A stretch of DNA of 64,000 nt from assembly GCA_036337435.1 (NCBI GenBank), contig JAYZEG010000010.1:32001-96000 (forward strand), written 5' to 3'. Position numbers and translations under genes: made by a program. Origin of the DNA: Myxococcota bacterium. GTDB taxonomy: Bacteria; Myxococcota_A; Bradymonadia; UBA7976; UBA1532. This document shows positions 29,839 through 40,719 of the stretch, piece after piece (position 1 is the stretch's first letter; the number at the start of each line of letters is the position of its first letter). Under the pieces are notes generated by a model that saw only the letters and a list, made by a program, of their open reading frames with translations, made no database searches and had not been told where the DNA came from.

Positions 29839-30738
29839 TCAACTCAGTTTCTGGTCGGCCATCCGCAATGCTGTTGCAGCATTCGCCAGGGAGGCTACGG
29901 CCTCTGGCCAATGTTCGTCGACAAGGGCAGACCATGCACGACTTACGTTTCTTTCACCCGCTGAGAACGGACCGAAAGCCTCGGCAAAAGCGGCTAAACC
30001 GATTTCAGCTTGCAGTCTGTATCTTGCGTCCACGATGGGCTGAAAATGAGAGAGCGCAAGACGCTCAATCTCTTGCCTGATCTCGTCAGCACAGGCGATT
30101 GTTGGCGATTGATTCTCCTTGACCCGCTCGGCTAAGCCGCCGACTTGTTCGGCTACCTCGGTTACCATTACGCGGACATTGACTGCGCTGATCGAACCCG
30201 AACCGGACTCGGTGCCCGATCCAGTTAATTCTGCTTTTTTAACACGTCGGGCGATCAGCGCGCCGATTACGATGAAAAATAATCCAGCACCGAAGCCCGC
30301 ACCACTGTCTGTGACCCAAGAGGCCAATCTAAGGTTCGGTCCTGGTTTTTCTAGAAAAGCGATTTTAGTTTTCTGTGCTAAGGCCGACCGCCTTGCATCT
30401 AGCCAACTGCGGCGGAGGGCATCTAATTTGGCATCACTGTGTCGCTTGAGAGATGCGACGTATTCGTCATGCTGAGCGATCAATGCAGTTAAATAAGCGG
30501 ATTGGGACGTGTAGTCCTTGGTGAGTGGGTCGGCAGGTATTTTATGGCTGGACGCATCTTTTCCCTCTGCGTTTTTAAGTGCCACCTCATATTTTGATTT
30601 GAGCGTGGACAACTCGTAACTCAGAAGTTGACCCTGTTCTTTTTTCATCTCATACATCGGCTGACTCAATTGAGCCCCGAATGCGGCACATAAACCAACG
30701 CCGATAGCGAAAAGACCTGTCCCTAAATGCTTCATCAA
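29839..30738 (-). CDS. Hypothetical membrane protein downstream of the OPT transporter
   Basis: 299-aa ORF with two TM segments, 6 bp after the OPT stop codon. Confidence 0.7.
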   Translation of the reverse strand: MMKHLGTGLFAIGVGLCAAFGAQLSQPMYEMKKEQGQLLSYELSTLKSKYEVALKNAEGKDASSHKIPADPLTKDYTSQSAYLTALIAQHDEYVASLKRHSDAKLDALRRSWLDARRSALAQKTKIAFLEKPGPNLRLASWVTDSGAGFGAGLFFIVIGALIARRVKKAELTGSGTESGSGSISAVNVRVMVTEVAEQVGGLAERVKENQSPTIACADEIRQEIERLALSHFQPIVDARYRLQAEIGLAAFAEAFGPFSAGERNVSRAWSALVDEHWPEAVASLANAATALRMADQKLS

Positions 30739-30744
30739 GAACTC

Positions 30745-32505
30745 CTAAGCAGCCGTGAGGCCCATGATCATGGCGGCAACGAGATTGGTCACGGCCTCTC
30801 CGATAATAAATCCAGCAGCGATGGGGACGAGCGTAGAGCCAATCCATTCTTGGCCTTTTGTCCGGGTGAGGTAAATGGAGCCCAAGCAGCCGATGCCGTA
30901 GGTAAGCGTAATTGAAAACGGCAGATACATCGCAAGTCCGATCAAAACCCCCAGACCGGGTACAGGGAAAAGGCCGAGGCCTAAACCGATGGCAGCACCA
31001 CCCAAATATTTATCCAAGGGAGCAGCGCCTTCACCAAGACTCTTGATCACCTGCGCAAGTGCGTCCCCTTGAGGTGCACTGAGCTCCGGATTGATGTCGG
31101 AACCGAAGCCGACACTGTTCCAGAGAAAAAATAACACGCCGACGGCCACCGGAACACCAAGCCAACCTACCGCAAATTGAGCCAGCTGCTGTTTTCGAGG
31201 TTGGGCCCCGACCAAATGTCCGGCTTTCAAATCGCCCATCATGTCGGCACATTGCCCAATACCGACACAAACCGCGACACCGAGAATAATGGCCGAGACG
31301 GCATTGCCTCCGGACATAAAGAACATCAAGGTGACACCGATGAGTGACATGCCCGAGAGAGGGGATATATCGGTCATGCCCGTGGCCTGAGCAACGATTA
31401 AACCCGCGAGGGCGAGCCAAATTGTCCCGACAACGGCAATACCGATTCCCTGACCGACAGTGATATCGGGACTCGATGTCATCGCGGCAAAATAGAGGAT
31501 AACAACCGACCCAATCATGCCCGCATAAAGAACACGACTGCTGAGTTCTTCACTTCCCCCCTGACCCCCTGCTTTTGCGGCCTGTGACAAACTCTTGATG
31601 GCACTCTTCAATGCAGGAAAACTGGCCACCACACCTGCAAATGCACCGCCAATGAGCACGCCGATGCCCAGTGGTCGAAGCATCTCACCGTATAAAACTT
31701 GATTGCTCCACGCCTCATGCCCAGCCCAATCTGGGGCGGTGAGGGCGGCTTGACTTGGAACCCAGCCGAGTCCGATGGCAATGGGACTGATAAGCCACCA
31801 CGCGAGAACGCCACCGAAGACAAAAGGCAGGCCACCAGAACCAGATAGAAGGCCAGCTCCGAGGCTTGCAAAACTCACATACACGACCAACGGGATTGAC
31901 ATAGGAAGCCCAAGTGGCCCCCCGATATCGATTTCATCAGGTAGCATTTTCACGTTGCATAGAATATGAATCGTGGTCGCCAGAACAACGCCAATGGCCA
32001 GCATTTTTGCTTGGTGAATGCCCGCACCAGGCGACTTCAGTAACGTACCTACAGCAACGCCACTTGGAAATTTGAGACGCTCGAATTCAATCATTTGTTT
32101 CCGCAGCGGAATAATCACCGCCACACCCAGAAAGGAACCGCCTATCGCTGCAAGAATGGCGGGCAGAGCCTCGACGGAAATACGTGTATCGGTCGCACTG
32201 AGTAAGAACAAAGCTGGCAGAGTGAACACGATGCCCGCAGACGCAGTATTAACCCCAGATGCGACGGTCTGATTGATGTTGTTCTCAATAATGGTCCCTT
32301 TTTTTAGGACACCGCGAAGTAACCCAAACCCGAGAATCGCCGCAACCGTCGAGCCCCCCATCGTAAACCCGAGTTTGAGACCGATATAGACGAATGCACA
32401 GGTCATCACAACGCCGATCAAAGCACCAACCAGTAGAGCCTCGATGGTAAACTCGCGATAGGGCTCTCGGTCGAGAGATAGTTTACGGCTTGTAGAATCT
32501 GACAT
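30745..32505 (-). CDS. OPT/YSL family oligopeptide or metal-chelate transporter
   Basis: YIGLKLG, ENNINQTVASG, IPLRKQMI, LKFPSG, DMMGDLKAG, APQG. Confidence 0.9.
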   Translation of the reverse strand: MSDSTSRKLSLDREPYREFTIEALLVGALIGVVMTCAFVYIGLKLGFTMGGSTVAAILGFGLLRGVLKKGTIIENNINQTVASGVNTASAGIVFTLPALFLLSATDTRISVEALPAILAAIGGSFLGVAVIIPLRKQMIEFERLKFPSGVAVGTLLKSPGAGIHQAKMLAIGVVLATTIHILCNVKMLPDEIDIGGPLGLPMSIPLVVYVSFASLGAGLLSGSGGLPFVFGGVLAWWLISPIAIGLGWVPSQAALTAPDWAGHEAWSNQVLYGEMLRPLGIGVLIGGAFAGVVASFPALKSAIKSLSQAAKAGGQGGSEELSSRVLYAGMIGSVVILYFAAMTSSPDITVGQGIGIAVVGTIWLALAGLIVAQATGMTDISPLSGMSLIGVTLMFFMSGGNAVSAIILGVAVCVGIGQCADMMGDLKAGHLVGAQPRKQQLAQFAVGWLGVPVAVGVLFFLWNSVGFGSDINPELSAPQGDALAQVIKSLGEGAAPLDKYLGGAAIGLGLGLFPVPGLGVLIGLAMYLPFSITLTYGIGCLGSIYLTRTKGQEWIGSTLVPIAAGFIIGEAVTNLVAAMIMGLTAA

Positions 32506-32998
32506 GCGTAAAGTGTCCTTTGGAACTGGCAAAATGGATTGATTGGGCTTAGCCGATAGAGAATTGAAACGCAATGACCGACTCCACCAAAACGTGCCAA
32601 CATGAATGGATTGAGTGTTCAAGAGCCGAGACCCAATCTGACTGGCGGATACAGGTCGGCGAGCATGATGATAAACCAGCCCGTCCATCAACCCTCGGGT
32701 TCATCTAGTGGCCTCTTGCACAGAAATCTACAACTCCGTAACGTGTAGCCTAGACGAGAATGTTCGGCCGGTAAGGTGCATCCTTGGTGAATCGGCTGGA
32801 CGGACCAAATCACGAGATGGGCGAACGCTCTGCAGATGACATTTGTAGACGAAAAACTCGATAGCTGAGTCGAGAAAGTAAGGATTGAGTGAGGGTGGCA
32901 AACTGCTCGTTCGACCCGACTTGGCACATCTCTGTCAATGACATCAGGGAGTATTCGATGGCGTTGAATCAGCGTAGACAGCGGCTTGGGATAGATGC

Positions 32999-33400
32999 AT
33001 GGTTACACCACACGACATAAACGAAATGCTGAAAGAGATTTGGCCAGATACACCTGTTTTATGCGAAGAGGTCGAGGCGACTCAGGCACTGGCAGTTTGG
33101 CCTGTTTCCAAAGCCGAATTGCGCCCAGGCGGCACCATTTCAGGCCCGACCATTTTCGGGTGTGCCGATTCTGCATTTTGGTTTCTCATTAATGGGGTCC
33201 TGGGTCACATTGACCCGACCGCGGTGACTCAAGAACTGTCCATTCGCTTCCTACGCCCTGCCCGCGGGCCTCGACTCTATGGACGGGCTAAACTTGAACG
33301 GCGCGGCCGAACTTCGGTCGTAGCAACCGTCTATGTCTGGGTCGATGATGAATCAAAGCCGTGCGCAATTGCTCAGGGCACCTATCAGCTCCGCTCTTGA
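32999..33400 (+). CDS. PaaI-family hotdog thioesterase
   Basis: LRPGGTISGP..AD, AVTQELSIRFLRP. Confidence 0.85.
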   Translation: MVTPHDINEMLKEIWPDTPVLCEEVEATQALAVWPVSKAELRPGGTISGPTIFGCADSAFWFLINGVLGHIDPTAVTQELSIRFLRPARGPRLYGRAKLERRGRTSVVATVYVWVDDESKPCAIAQGTYQLRS

Positions 33401-33542
33401 ATAATCGAACTTGAGACGCTACATGGTGCTCGAAAGAACCAGCGCACGTCTGATGTTCTCCTCGGCGGCACAGAAGACTGTTTCGCTGCGCATAACGGTC
33501 AGCGTGAGACAGCTTGAGACCATGTTCGATGATGGGTAAACC

Positions 33543-34160
33543 ATGAAACAAAAGCATTTTATCGACAGTCATAAAGGCGCGACGCCCATCGCCATCTTGG
33601 TTTTGATGTCCATCTATGACAATTGGCAGAACACAACAGCTTGGGTCTATTTCGCAACCCACGGTACCTACGGAATCCTGTGGGTTCTTAAAAGCAAGAC
33701 TTTTGGCGATCGACAATGGGAAAGTCCATGTGGCCTTCCATACGGACTGTTTATTTGGGCGGGCCTGACATTGTACTGGATCGCGCCTTGGTTGATCATC
33801 GCGGGCAATATTGAAGCACCGGCCTGGTGGCTTGGCAGTGCCACCATGATTTATGTAATCGGTGTGTTTTATCACTTCGTGTCAGACATGCAAAAACACG
33901 TGACCCTGTCCCTTAAAAAAGGGCTTATCACAGACGGGCTCTGGTCTCGCAGTCGAAACCCGAACTACTTCGGTGAGCTTCTCATCTATGCGGGCTTTAG
34001 CAGTCTGGCCATGCATTGGATTCCCATGGCCGTCCTGTGCTTATTCGTCGGCGTAATTTGGATTCCCAACATGATCAAAAAAGACCGCTCACTGTCCCGA
34101 TATCCTGATTTTGAATCCTACAAAAAACGCTCGGGCTGGATGTTTCCTAAATTTTTCTGA
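33543..34160 (+). CDS. DUF1295/steroid 5-alpha-reductase-like membrane protein
   Basis: SDMQK, LITDGLWSRSRNPNYFGE. Confidence 0.85.
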   Translation: MKQKHFIDSHKGATPIAILVLMSIYDNWQNTTAWVYFATHGTYGILWVLKSKTFGDRQWESPCGLPYGLFIWAGLTLYWIAPWLIIAGNIEAPAWWLGSATMIYVIGVFYHFVSDMQKHVTLSLKKGLITDGLWSRSRNPNYFGELLIYAGFSSLAMHWIPMAVLCLFVGVIWIPNMIKKDRSLSRYPDFESYKKRSGWMFPKFF

Positions 34161-34168
34161 GACCGGTC

Positions 34169-34798
34169 TCAGAAAGGCCGCTGCCAAAGACTGGCCAGCC
34201 AAGGTTGCTGCTCGACGGGCAGGCCAGCCGGCCTGAGATAATGACTAAGATACATGAACCCGACAGATTCTAGGCTCGCTCTCCAATGGTCCAAATCGTA
34301 GTAAGCACCGTATCTATCTCCGTTCCAACCCTCGACATTTTGTCCACGCGGATTCGAACTGAAAAGCACACCTCCAGGCTTTAAAGCAGCCAACAATTCA
34401 CCCATGACCCTGCCTAATTCCTGGCTCGGAATGTGGAACAAGCTTGCGTTTGCAAAAATCCCATCAAAGGACGCAGGGGGTAGATCCAGTGCCACGAAAT
34501 CTTGGTGCAGTACCGAACAGCCGCTGAGGCTCCGCGCCATGTCACAGAAGCGGACTGCCCCATCTAACCCAACAGCCTCGTGACCCAGCGCAGAGAAGGT
34601 CAAAAGATCTCGACCCGGCCCGCATCCAAAGTCCAGTATTCGGAGGGGGCTGACATCGCCGAGACGACTCAGCAATGCGTTTATGTTTTGTGAAACGTCG
34701 TGATCTTTTGTTCCAATCCAAAAGTCTTCGGCGTTCGAATTGTAGTGGCCACACGTTGACTGAGTGATGTCAAGTAATGCCTGTTCGTCAAGAGTCAT
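34169..34798 (-). CDS. Class I SAM-dependent methyltransferase
   Basis: ILDFGCGPGRD, FDGIFANASLFH, LKPGG. Confidence 0.9.
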   Translation of the reverse strand: MTLDEQALLDITQSTCGHYNSNAEDFWIGTKDHDVSQNINALLSRLGDVSPLRILDFGCGPGRDLLTFSALGHEAVGLDGAVRFCDMARSLSGCSVLHQDFVALDLPPASFDGIFANASLFHIPSQELGRVMGELLAALKPGGVLFSSNPRGQNVEGWNGDRYGAYYDLDHWRASLESVGFMYLSHYLRPAGLPVEQQPWLASLWQRPF

Positions 34799-34819
34799 GG
34801 CAAAACATTAAGCCATCCT

Positions 34820-36286
34820 TTAGTTGGAATCATCTACAGATAAAGGCCCCAAATAGTCACCCTGTGCATCATACAAGAAAATCGGGAGCCCAAAGGTTTT
34901 CAACCCATCCAATATTTTCGCCTTGTCACCGGCAACAATGATTTGAAACTGCTCGGCAACTGCGTGTTTCTGAGCAGCGTCGCGCGCCATACTCAGGGAG
35001 ACTTGAGCCACCTTCTTCATGCGACTATGATACCAGTCGAGTCCTCGTTTCTTAGCGACCAGACCACCTAATTCGCCAGCCACATTTCCCATCCGTTCGA
35101 ACCGTCCGGGAATCCCCTTGATCATACTGCTCTTCGCGCTCTCGACTTCATCCGCGGTGATTGGCTTATCGCCAGAAACCAGTCTGATTTCTTTGAGAAT
35201 TTCATCAATGCTTGCTTTCGTTGTCTCACCTTTCACCTTGGCATAGATCAAATAGGCACCATCATCCAAAAGCCTCATGAACGCCCCTCGAGCACCGTAG
35301 GTATAGCCTTTGTCTTCTCTCAGGTTCATGTTGACCCGCGCCGTGAATGCACCGGCAAAAGCTTTGTTGAAGACCTCGCTCTGAAAATAGTCGGGTGCTT
35401 TGGCACCCTCTGCCTGTCTAATGGCGATGACCATAGACTGCGATGAGCCAGGAAAATCGACGAGCCGAATCCCCACATTTGAAGGCTTCGTGGATGGCTC
35501 AATGGGACTCTCAACTTGGCGACCGGTCCATTGTCCGAGATTGTTCTCTAAGGCGGCTTCCAGTGCTGTCCTCTCGCAATCACCGACGACCACTACGGTT
35601 GCACCGTTGGGTTTAATGAGTTTTTCATATTGGAGTTGGACGTCCTTCCGAGTGACCTGTGCAAGTGTTTTGCGGACGCCATTGGGTGAATAGGCACCGT
35701 AGCCTGACCCGTTCATCACCCGCCTCGCAACAACGAAGGCAACCGATGATGGATTAGATTCACTCGTCAGGGCCCGAGCATCTCGTTGCGCCTTGACACG
35801 ATTGAAGTCGGTCTCAGCGAACCCAGGCTTGGTTAAAATCTTAGCCAAGAGCGATAAAGACGCGTCAAGTTTATCGGCCAGCAAAGACATCGAAAGGGTT
35901 GCCGAGTCGATATCCACCCTGACACTGTAGTCTGTGGCGAGTTGAGAAAATGCGTCTGATAACTCGAGAGCACTCAGGCCATCCGCGCCCTCATCCAGCA
36001 GGTCGACCATTAAGGCCGTTGTGCCAGCGCGGCCACCAGGGTCTGTCGCCGATCCCTTCGGAAAAACCAACTGTATTGCGAGGAGCGGTGCTTGGGTTTG
36101 CCTGACGAACCAAACATTGAGTCCATTGCTGAGAGTCCATGTCTCGATCTCGGGCTGACTCCAAGGTGAGGCTGCCGCCGGCCCGGGCAGTTTAGAGCGG
36201 TCAGGCCCGCCTTGTTTTTGGACCTGACCACCGCCACAGCCTATGGCGAACATGAGGACCGTAAAAAAAGATATCGCCCACTTCAT
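34820..36286 (-). CDS. M16 peptidase non-catalytic subunit, lipoprotein
   Basis: No HxxEH; RVNMNLREDKGYTYG; start overlaps the upstream stop (ATGA); lipobox AIGC. Confidence 0.85.
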   Translation of the reverse strand: MKWAISFFTVLMFAIGCGGGQVQKQGGPDRSKLPGPAAASPWSQPEIETWTLSNGLNVWFVRQTQAPLLAIQLVFPKGSATDPGGRAGTTALMVDLLDEGADGLSALELSDAFSQLATDYSVRVDIDSATLSMSLLADKLDASLSLLAKILTKPGFAETDFNRVKAQRDARALTSESNPSSVAFVVARRVMNGSGYGAYSPNGVRKTLAQVTRKDVQLQYEKLIKPNGATVVVVGDCERTALEAALENNLGQWTGRQVESPIEPSTKPSNVGIRLVDFPGSSQSMVIAIRQAEGAKAPDYFQSEVFNKAFAGAFTARVNMNLREDKGYTYGARGAFMRLLDDGAYLIYAKVKGETTKASIDEILKEIRLVSGDKPITADEVESAKSSMIKGIPGRFERMGNVAGELGGLVAKKRGLDWYHSRMKKVAQVSLSMARDAAQKHAVAEQFQIIVAGDKAKILDGLKTFGLPIFLYDAQGDYLGPLSVDDSN

Positions 36287-37692
36287 TTGGCCCCTCCTGT
36301 TGGCGCAGTCTTGGCTGGTTCCTCGACGGGCAACACATCGATTCGTAAATGCGGCTTTTGCAACCACAGGTTGGCCGCCTCAAATACCGTATCTGCGGTG
36401 AGTTCAGTGTACCGAGCCAAATCGGTTCCAAGATAATCGGCCCGCCCCTTGATATGGTGGTATGTACTTAAAAGCTGGGCTCGTGACAGCACGCTCTCGA
36501 CCCGTCCGTAAAAGGACTTCTTGTACGCATTGATGGCCTTAGCCATTTCCTCAACGCTCGGTTTGGTTGCGAGGGCGTCACCAAGTGCTTTTTTTAATGC
36601 CCCTTTGAGATCCTCAATTGACGTCCCAGGCGCAGCGACTGCCTGCACGACAAAGAAACTGCCCAAGGCCATGGAGACCTGATACGCATTCACTCGCGTC
36701 GCGATCTTTTGGTCAAAAACCAGTGGCTTGTACAAGCGGCTTGTCTTGCCAGCACTCAAAACCGAGGCCAAAATATCCATCTCTGAATCGCCCTTTGCGT
36801 ACAAAGCCGGCGTATGCCAAGCCATGACGATCATGGGCAGTTTGACTTCATCCCTGTCTACGATGTGTTTGTTGGTCGCCAATGATGCGGGAGAATGTTT
36901 TGGCCACGGTGTACGCTTGCCCCTCGGCAAGTGACCGAAATATCGGCGAACCAAGGCTTTGGCCTGCTCCATTTCGAAATCACCCGCGATGGTCACGATG
37001 GCGTTGGTTGCTGAATAATGCTGCTTGAAAAACGATTTTACGTCGTCCAAGCTCGCTGCCGTCAGGTCCGCATGAGAGCCAATGGTCGGATGCCCATAGG
37101 GGTGTTTTTTTGGGTACAGCTGCTCATAGAGGTGTAACCAGACTCGGCCGTAGGGACGGTCTTCATAGGATTGTCGACGCTCATTTTTGACGACATCTCT
37201 CTGGTTATCCAATTTCTTCATAGTCAACGCAGGCAGCAAATTTTCCATCCGATCGGATTCTAACCAGAGGGCGAGTTCCAGATACTCTTTCGGGACTCTT
37301 TCATAGTAATTGGTTCGGTCTACACTGGTCGTTCCATTAATGGCTGCGCCGATGGGTTGTAAGGGCTTGAAGTATTCATCGTTGTAATTCTGAGAACCCT
37401 GGAACATCAGATGTTCAAATAAATGCGCAAACCCACTTCGGCCGACTTTCTCATGAGCAGACCCCACCATGTACCGCACCTCAACAGCGACGACAGGAAG
37501 CCGAGTATCTCGGCTGAGAAGTACGGTCAAACCATTATCTAGAACCCATGTTTCAACGTCCACCGTGGGTGGATTGGCCGTCTTGGATTGGGTGTTTGAA
37601 GGCACCTGCTCTGCCGTAGGTGTCCCGACATCGGCCTGACTTTGGAATGGCACAACGAAAGCAAGAGCGATAAAAACATGCAGCCGACTCAA
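36283..37692 (-). CDS. M16 zinc peptidase catalytic subunit
   Basis: GFAHLFEHLMFQGS, NGTT..DRTNY, VVKNERR. Confidence 0.92.
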   Translation of the reverse strand: MSRLHVFIALAFVVPFQSQADVGTPTAEQVPSNTQSKTANPPTVDVETWVLDNGLTVLLSRDTRLPVVAVEVRYMVGSAHEKVGRSGFAHLFEHLMFQGSQNYNDEYFKPLQPIGAAINGTTSVDRTNYYERVPKEYLELALWLESDRMENLLPALTMKKLDNQRDVVKNERRQSYEDRPYGRVWLHLYEQLYPKKHPYGHPTIGSHADLTAASLDDVKSFFKQHYSATNAIVTIAGDFEMEQAKALVRRYFGHLPRGKRTPWPKHSPASLATNKHIVDRDEVKLPMIVMAWHTPALYAKGDSEMDILASVLSAGKTSRLYKPLVFDQKIATRVNAYQVSMALGSFFVVQAVAAPGTSIEDLKGALKKALGDALATKPSVEEMAKAINAYKKSFYGRVESVLSRAQLLSTYHHIKGRADYLGTDLARYTELTADTVFEAANLWLQKPHLRIDVLPVEEPAKTAPTGGAK

Positions 37693-37918
37693 AGCGTCTC
37701 CTTTGTATGAATTGGGTAAATGGCTGTTAGCCTAGTCCGCCAAAATCGTCAATCGATGTCAACATCAGCAGTTGTGGCTACAGAGCCGCCAGCGGGTTGA
37801 TGATGTAGCCCGCCGAAAAGATGCAAGCGATGACCAACTGGATGTCTTTCTTTTGTTTTAAAAGCGCCGTTTCGCGCACGCGATGTCCACCATCTTGTCA
37901 ACCGGGCAAATAATGCCA

Positions 37919-38992
37919 TCAGTCACCACGAATCCAAGGATCGCTCCAATCCATTCGGTCAACGATGCTGATGTCACTCAGTGCGAGAAGAAAAGCCTCG
38001 AGATCATCCAGTTCGGAGTCGGTCAAATGAAGCGGGCGTATGCGGGGATCTTTATACGGGTTCGTCCGGCCGTCTCCCACGAAGGGTCCGGACGTAATCA
38101 GTCGACCCCCCGCATTGTAATGCTCGAGAACGTCTCGCAGGGTGGCACCGGTTCCGTCGTGATAGTAGGGCTTTGTGAGCGCAAGATGCCGAAGTGTCGG
38201 TACCCGAAAGCGGCCGATATCTGAAGGCTGCCCCGTCAGCTCATAAAGTCCTTGTCGAGAGCTCGGGTAAGTCCCGGTCTCCAGAGAATATAGACCGGTA
38301 TTGAACCAGCCATGCCGACCATCCATGGGCTGGTCAAAATCGGCACCACCGTGGCAGCTGGAACAAAGGGTCCGACGTGAATAAAAGAGTGCCTCTCCAC
38401 GCTTTACGACCTCATCGATGGCTGTTTCATCGCCGGCTAGAAAACGATCGTAGGGGGCATCGTAAGTCGTGAGAGACGAGACAAACGCCGCGATTGATAG
38501 GGCCAACAAGTCGAGGTCCAAGGCTGTGGCACCAGCGGCCACCAGTAACTGTTGGTATCGATGATCACCATTGAGCTCATCGAGCATGTCGTCGATTGAT
38601 TCGGCGGCCCCCATTTCGATGGGCTCGGTCCCCAACAAGGGCACCAAAAGTTGCTGAGCCAGCGAAACAGGACTTGGGTCGACCCAACTGAGCGTTCTAC
38701 GTTCGCTCACGTTGAGTAAGGTCAATGTGTTTCGCGGGTGTATGGCACCCGTTGTCCCGACAGCACGAACAAAACCATCCGTGAATCCTTTGGCCTGTTC
38801 GTGACAGATGCCGCAAGAGCGGTCATTGTTGAAGGACAAGCGACGCTCGTAGAACAGATGGCGTCCGAGCTCCACGAGGGGCGAAGATGTCTGGTCTCTG
38901 GCCTGTTCAGCTTGGGTGTGACATCCGGAGGACAATGAATAGAGCAGCAGAGCGCCCAAGCCAATTGCTGAGTTTATCTTCAGCATGGTCAT
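37919..38992 (-). CDS. MbnH-like di-heme cytochrome c peroxidase/MauG family protein (second copy)
   Basis: CGICH and CSSCH; LGRHLFY, PIEMG, FRVPTLR, PYYHDG. Confidence 0.85.
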   Translation of the reverse strand: MTMLKINSAIGLGALLLYSLSSGCHTQAEQARDQTSSPLVELGRHLFYERRLSFNNDRSCGICHEQAKGFTDGFVRAVGTTGAIHPRNTLTLLNVSERRTLSWVDPSPVSLAQQLLVPLLGTEPIEMGAAESIDDMLDELNGDHRYQQLLVAAGATALDLDLLALSIAAFVSSLTTYDAPYDRFLAGDETAIDEVVKRGEALFYSRRTLCSSCHGGADFDQPMDGRHGWFNTGLYSLETGTYPSSRQGLYELTGQPSDIGRFRVPTLRHLALTKPYYHDGTGATLRDVLEHYNAGGRLITSGPFVGDGRTNPYKDPRIRPLHLTDSELDDLEAFLLALSDISIVDRMDWSDPWIRGD

Positions 38993-39011
38993 CTGCGAGA
39001 CACCGACAAGG

Positions 39012-39611
39012 TTAGTCTAATTTCATAAATGAGAGGTGTACGGGCTCATTGGCGTCGCCGGTAATTCGGACAGTGAATGAACCCCAGGCATGATAGAGAT
39101 GGCGGTGGTCTATGAGCCCTGAGTCGTCGCAAGCACCATTCCAACTCACGCTTTGAACCGGCTCGATATCGCAATTTTCATCCAGAATCACGAGCGACTC
39201 TTGATACCTCAACGAAGTGGCGATCGTGATGGACCACTCGGGAATCTCTAGGGTGAAATAGCCAACGCCAGCGTCGGGCAAACGGACAGATAACGCTGTA
39301 TCCTGGCGTGGAGTAACCACGACTTGGCCCGCAGAATTCGCATCTGCGACGGCGATAATCTCCGTCGGAACAGTGCCTAAAAGAGAGCAGGCAGCCTGGG
39401 CCAGCGCATCGTCGGGGCCAACTGGCAGTTGAGGTCGTCCCAGAGGCTGCCCCTCCTCCACTGGCTCGGACACACCAACCTCTGTTGCAGACCCACCAGA
39501 GATACAATCATCTCGCTGCCCCCCCGTATTTCGAGAGGACGAGTCGTGGCCGCATGCAATCAGACTGGTGCAGAGAATCGGCAGAGCAAAAAACGTACGC
39601 AGTGTTGTCAT
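39012..39611 (-). CDS. Hypothetical lipoprotein with His-rich C-terminal motif
   Basis: Lipobox LIAC; DHRHLYHAWG; 19 bp upstream of the MbnH-like gene. Confidence 0.7.
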   Translation of the reverse strand: MTTLRTFFALPILCTSLIACGHDSSSRNTGGQRDDCISGGSATEVGVSEPVEEGQPLGRPQLPVGPDDALAQAACSLLGTVPTEIIAVADANSAGQVVVTPRQDTALSVRLPDAGVGYFTLEIPEWSITIATSLRYQESLVILDENCDIEPVQSVSWNGACDDSGLIDHRHLYHAWGSFTVRITGDANEPVHLSFMKLD

Positions 39612-39853
39612 GCGGGGACCACTTTCAATTGAATTGACTTATTTCGGAGCGAAGGGGGTCTTTGGATACCTTGCACACGTTTGTCCCCGTCAGTTACACT
39701 TAACATAGATGCATGTCGCTCTGACAAGGTTGAAAGCAACTTTATCAGGCTAGACATTATCTTCTTGTAGCCGAGATCAGTTGGCGAGGGTGTTTGAGGT
39801 GCCGTAATTTGGCTCACCGGGACAGAAGCTGCGACCGAAGCGTGAGGAAAAAA

Positions 39854-40708
39854 ATGACCGTGCAACATTCAGGTCGACGTCGTCATCCGGGCTCTTTTCT
39901 GAACCGAGTCATTGGGTGTGTGGCTGTGATTGCGTCCTGCTTCGTATTCGGCTGTGGCTCGCCAGATGCCAGTACAGAAGAACGCGTAGCAGTCGAAATC
40001 GCATTCTCTGTGAACGCGGGCGGTGCACCATTTCAATGCGGTCAAGCCGTAGCTGACCTGGGCACGGAACGGACAACAGTCGCGATGACAGACATGCGTT
40101 TCTATGTCCATGACATCGCTTTCATTGACGAAGATGGTCGCGCCCAACCAATCAGACTGAACGACGACGGCATTTGGCAGAAAGACGGCGTTGCACTACT
40201 CGACTTCGAAGATGGGTGTGCGAACGGAACAACGCAAATGAATAGCCGAATCAGGGGCACGACCACAGACGGCCCGTATACCGGCCTACGCTTTCGTATC
40301 GGTATCCCAAACCAGCTCAACTCACCACAAACGGTTCTGGAGAACCGGGGCAGTCCACTCAATCAGGCGTCTTTATTCTGGTCGTGGCGTTCCGGCTACA
40401 AGTTCATGCGAATCGATGCAGACAGCAATGCATTTCGGTTTCACCTCGGGTCTGTTGGATGTGATGACGACTTCAATTGCCAATTTGAGAATATTCCAAC
40501 GATCTTGCTCAGTGACTTTACTTGGCAAACTCAAACCGTGACCTTGGATCTCGACGACCTACTCGAGGGAACAAACCTGAGTGAAAACACGACGGGTACG
40601 GCGCCGGGCTGCATGGGCGACCCAGACGATCCAGAATGCAGCTCGATTTTCGCACGTCTGGGACTCAGCTCAACCGAGGCTACGGCCTTTTCTGTACGGG
40701 ATAATTAG
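39854..40708 (+). CDS. mbnP: MbnP family copper-binding protein
   Basis: DMRFYVH, WQ..GVALLDFEDG, LFWSWRSGYKF (WxW), FHLGSVGC, PGCM. Confidence 0.88.
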   Translation: MTVQHSGRRRHPGSFLNRVIGCVAVIASCFVFGCGSPDASTEERVAVEIAFSVNAGGAPFQCGQAVADLGTERTTVAMTDMRFYVHDIAFIDEDGRAQPIRLNDDGIWQKDGVALLDFEDGCANGTTQMNSRIRGTTTDGPYTGLRFRIGIPNQLNSPQTVLENRGSPLNQASLFWSWRSGYKFMRIDADSNAFRFHLGSVGCDDDFNCQFENIPTILLSDFTWQTQTVTLDLDDLLEGTNLSENTTGTAPGCMGDPDDPECSSIFARLGLSSTEATAFSVRDN

Positions 40709-40719
40709 GTCATTTAAGA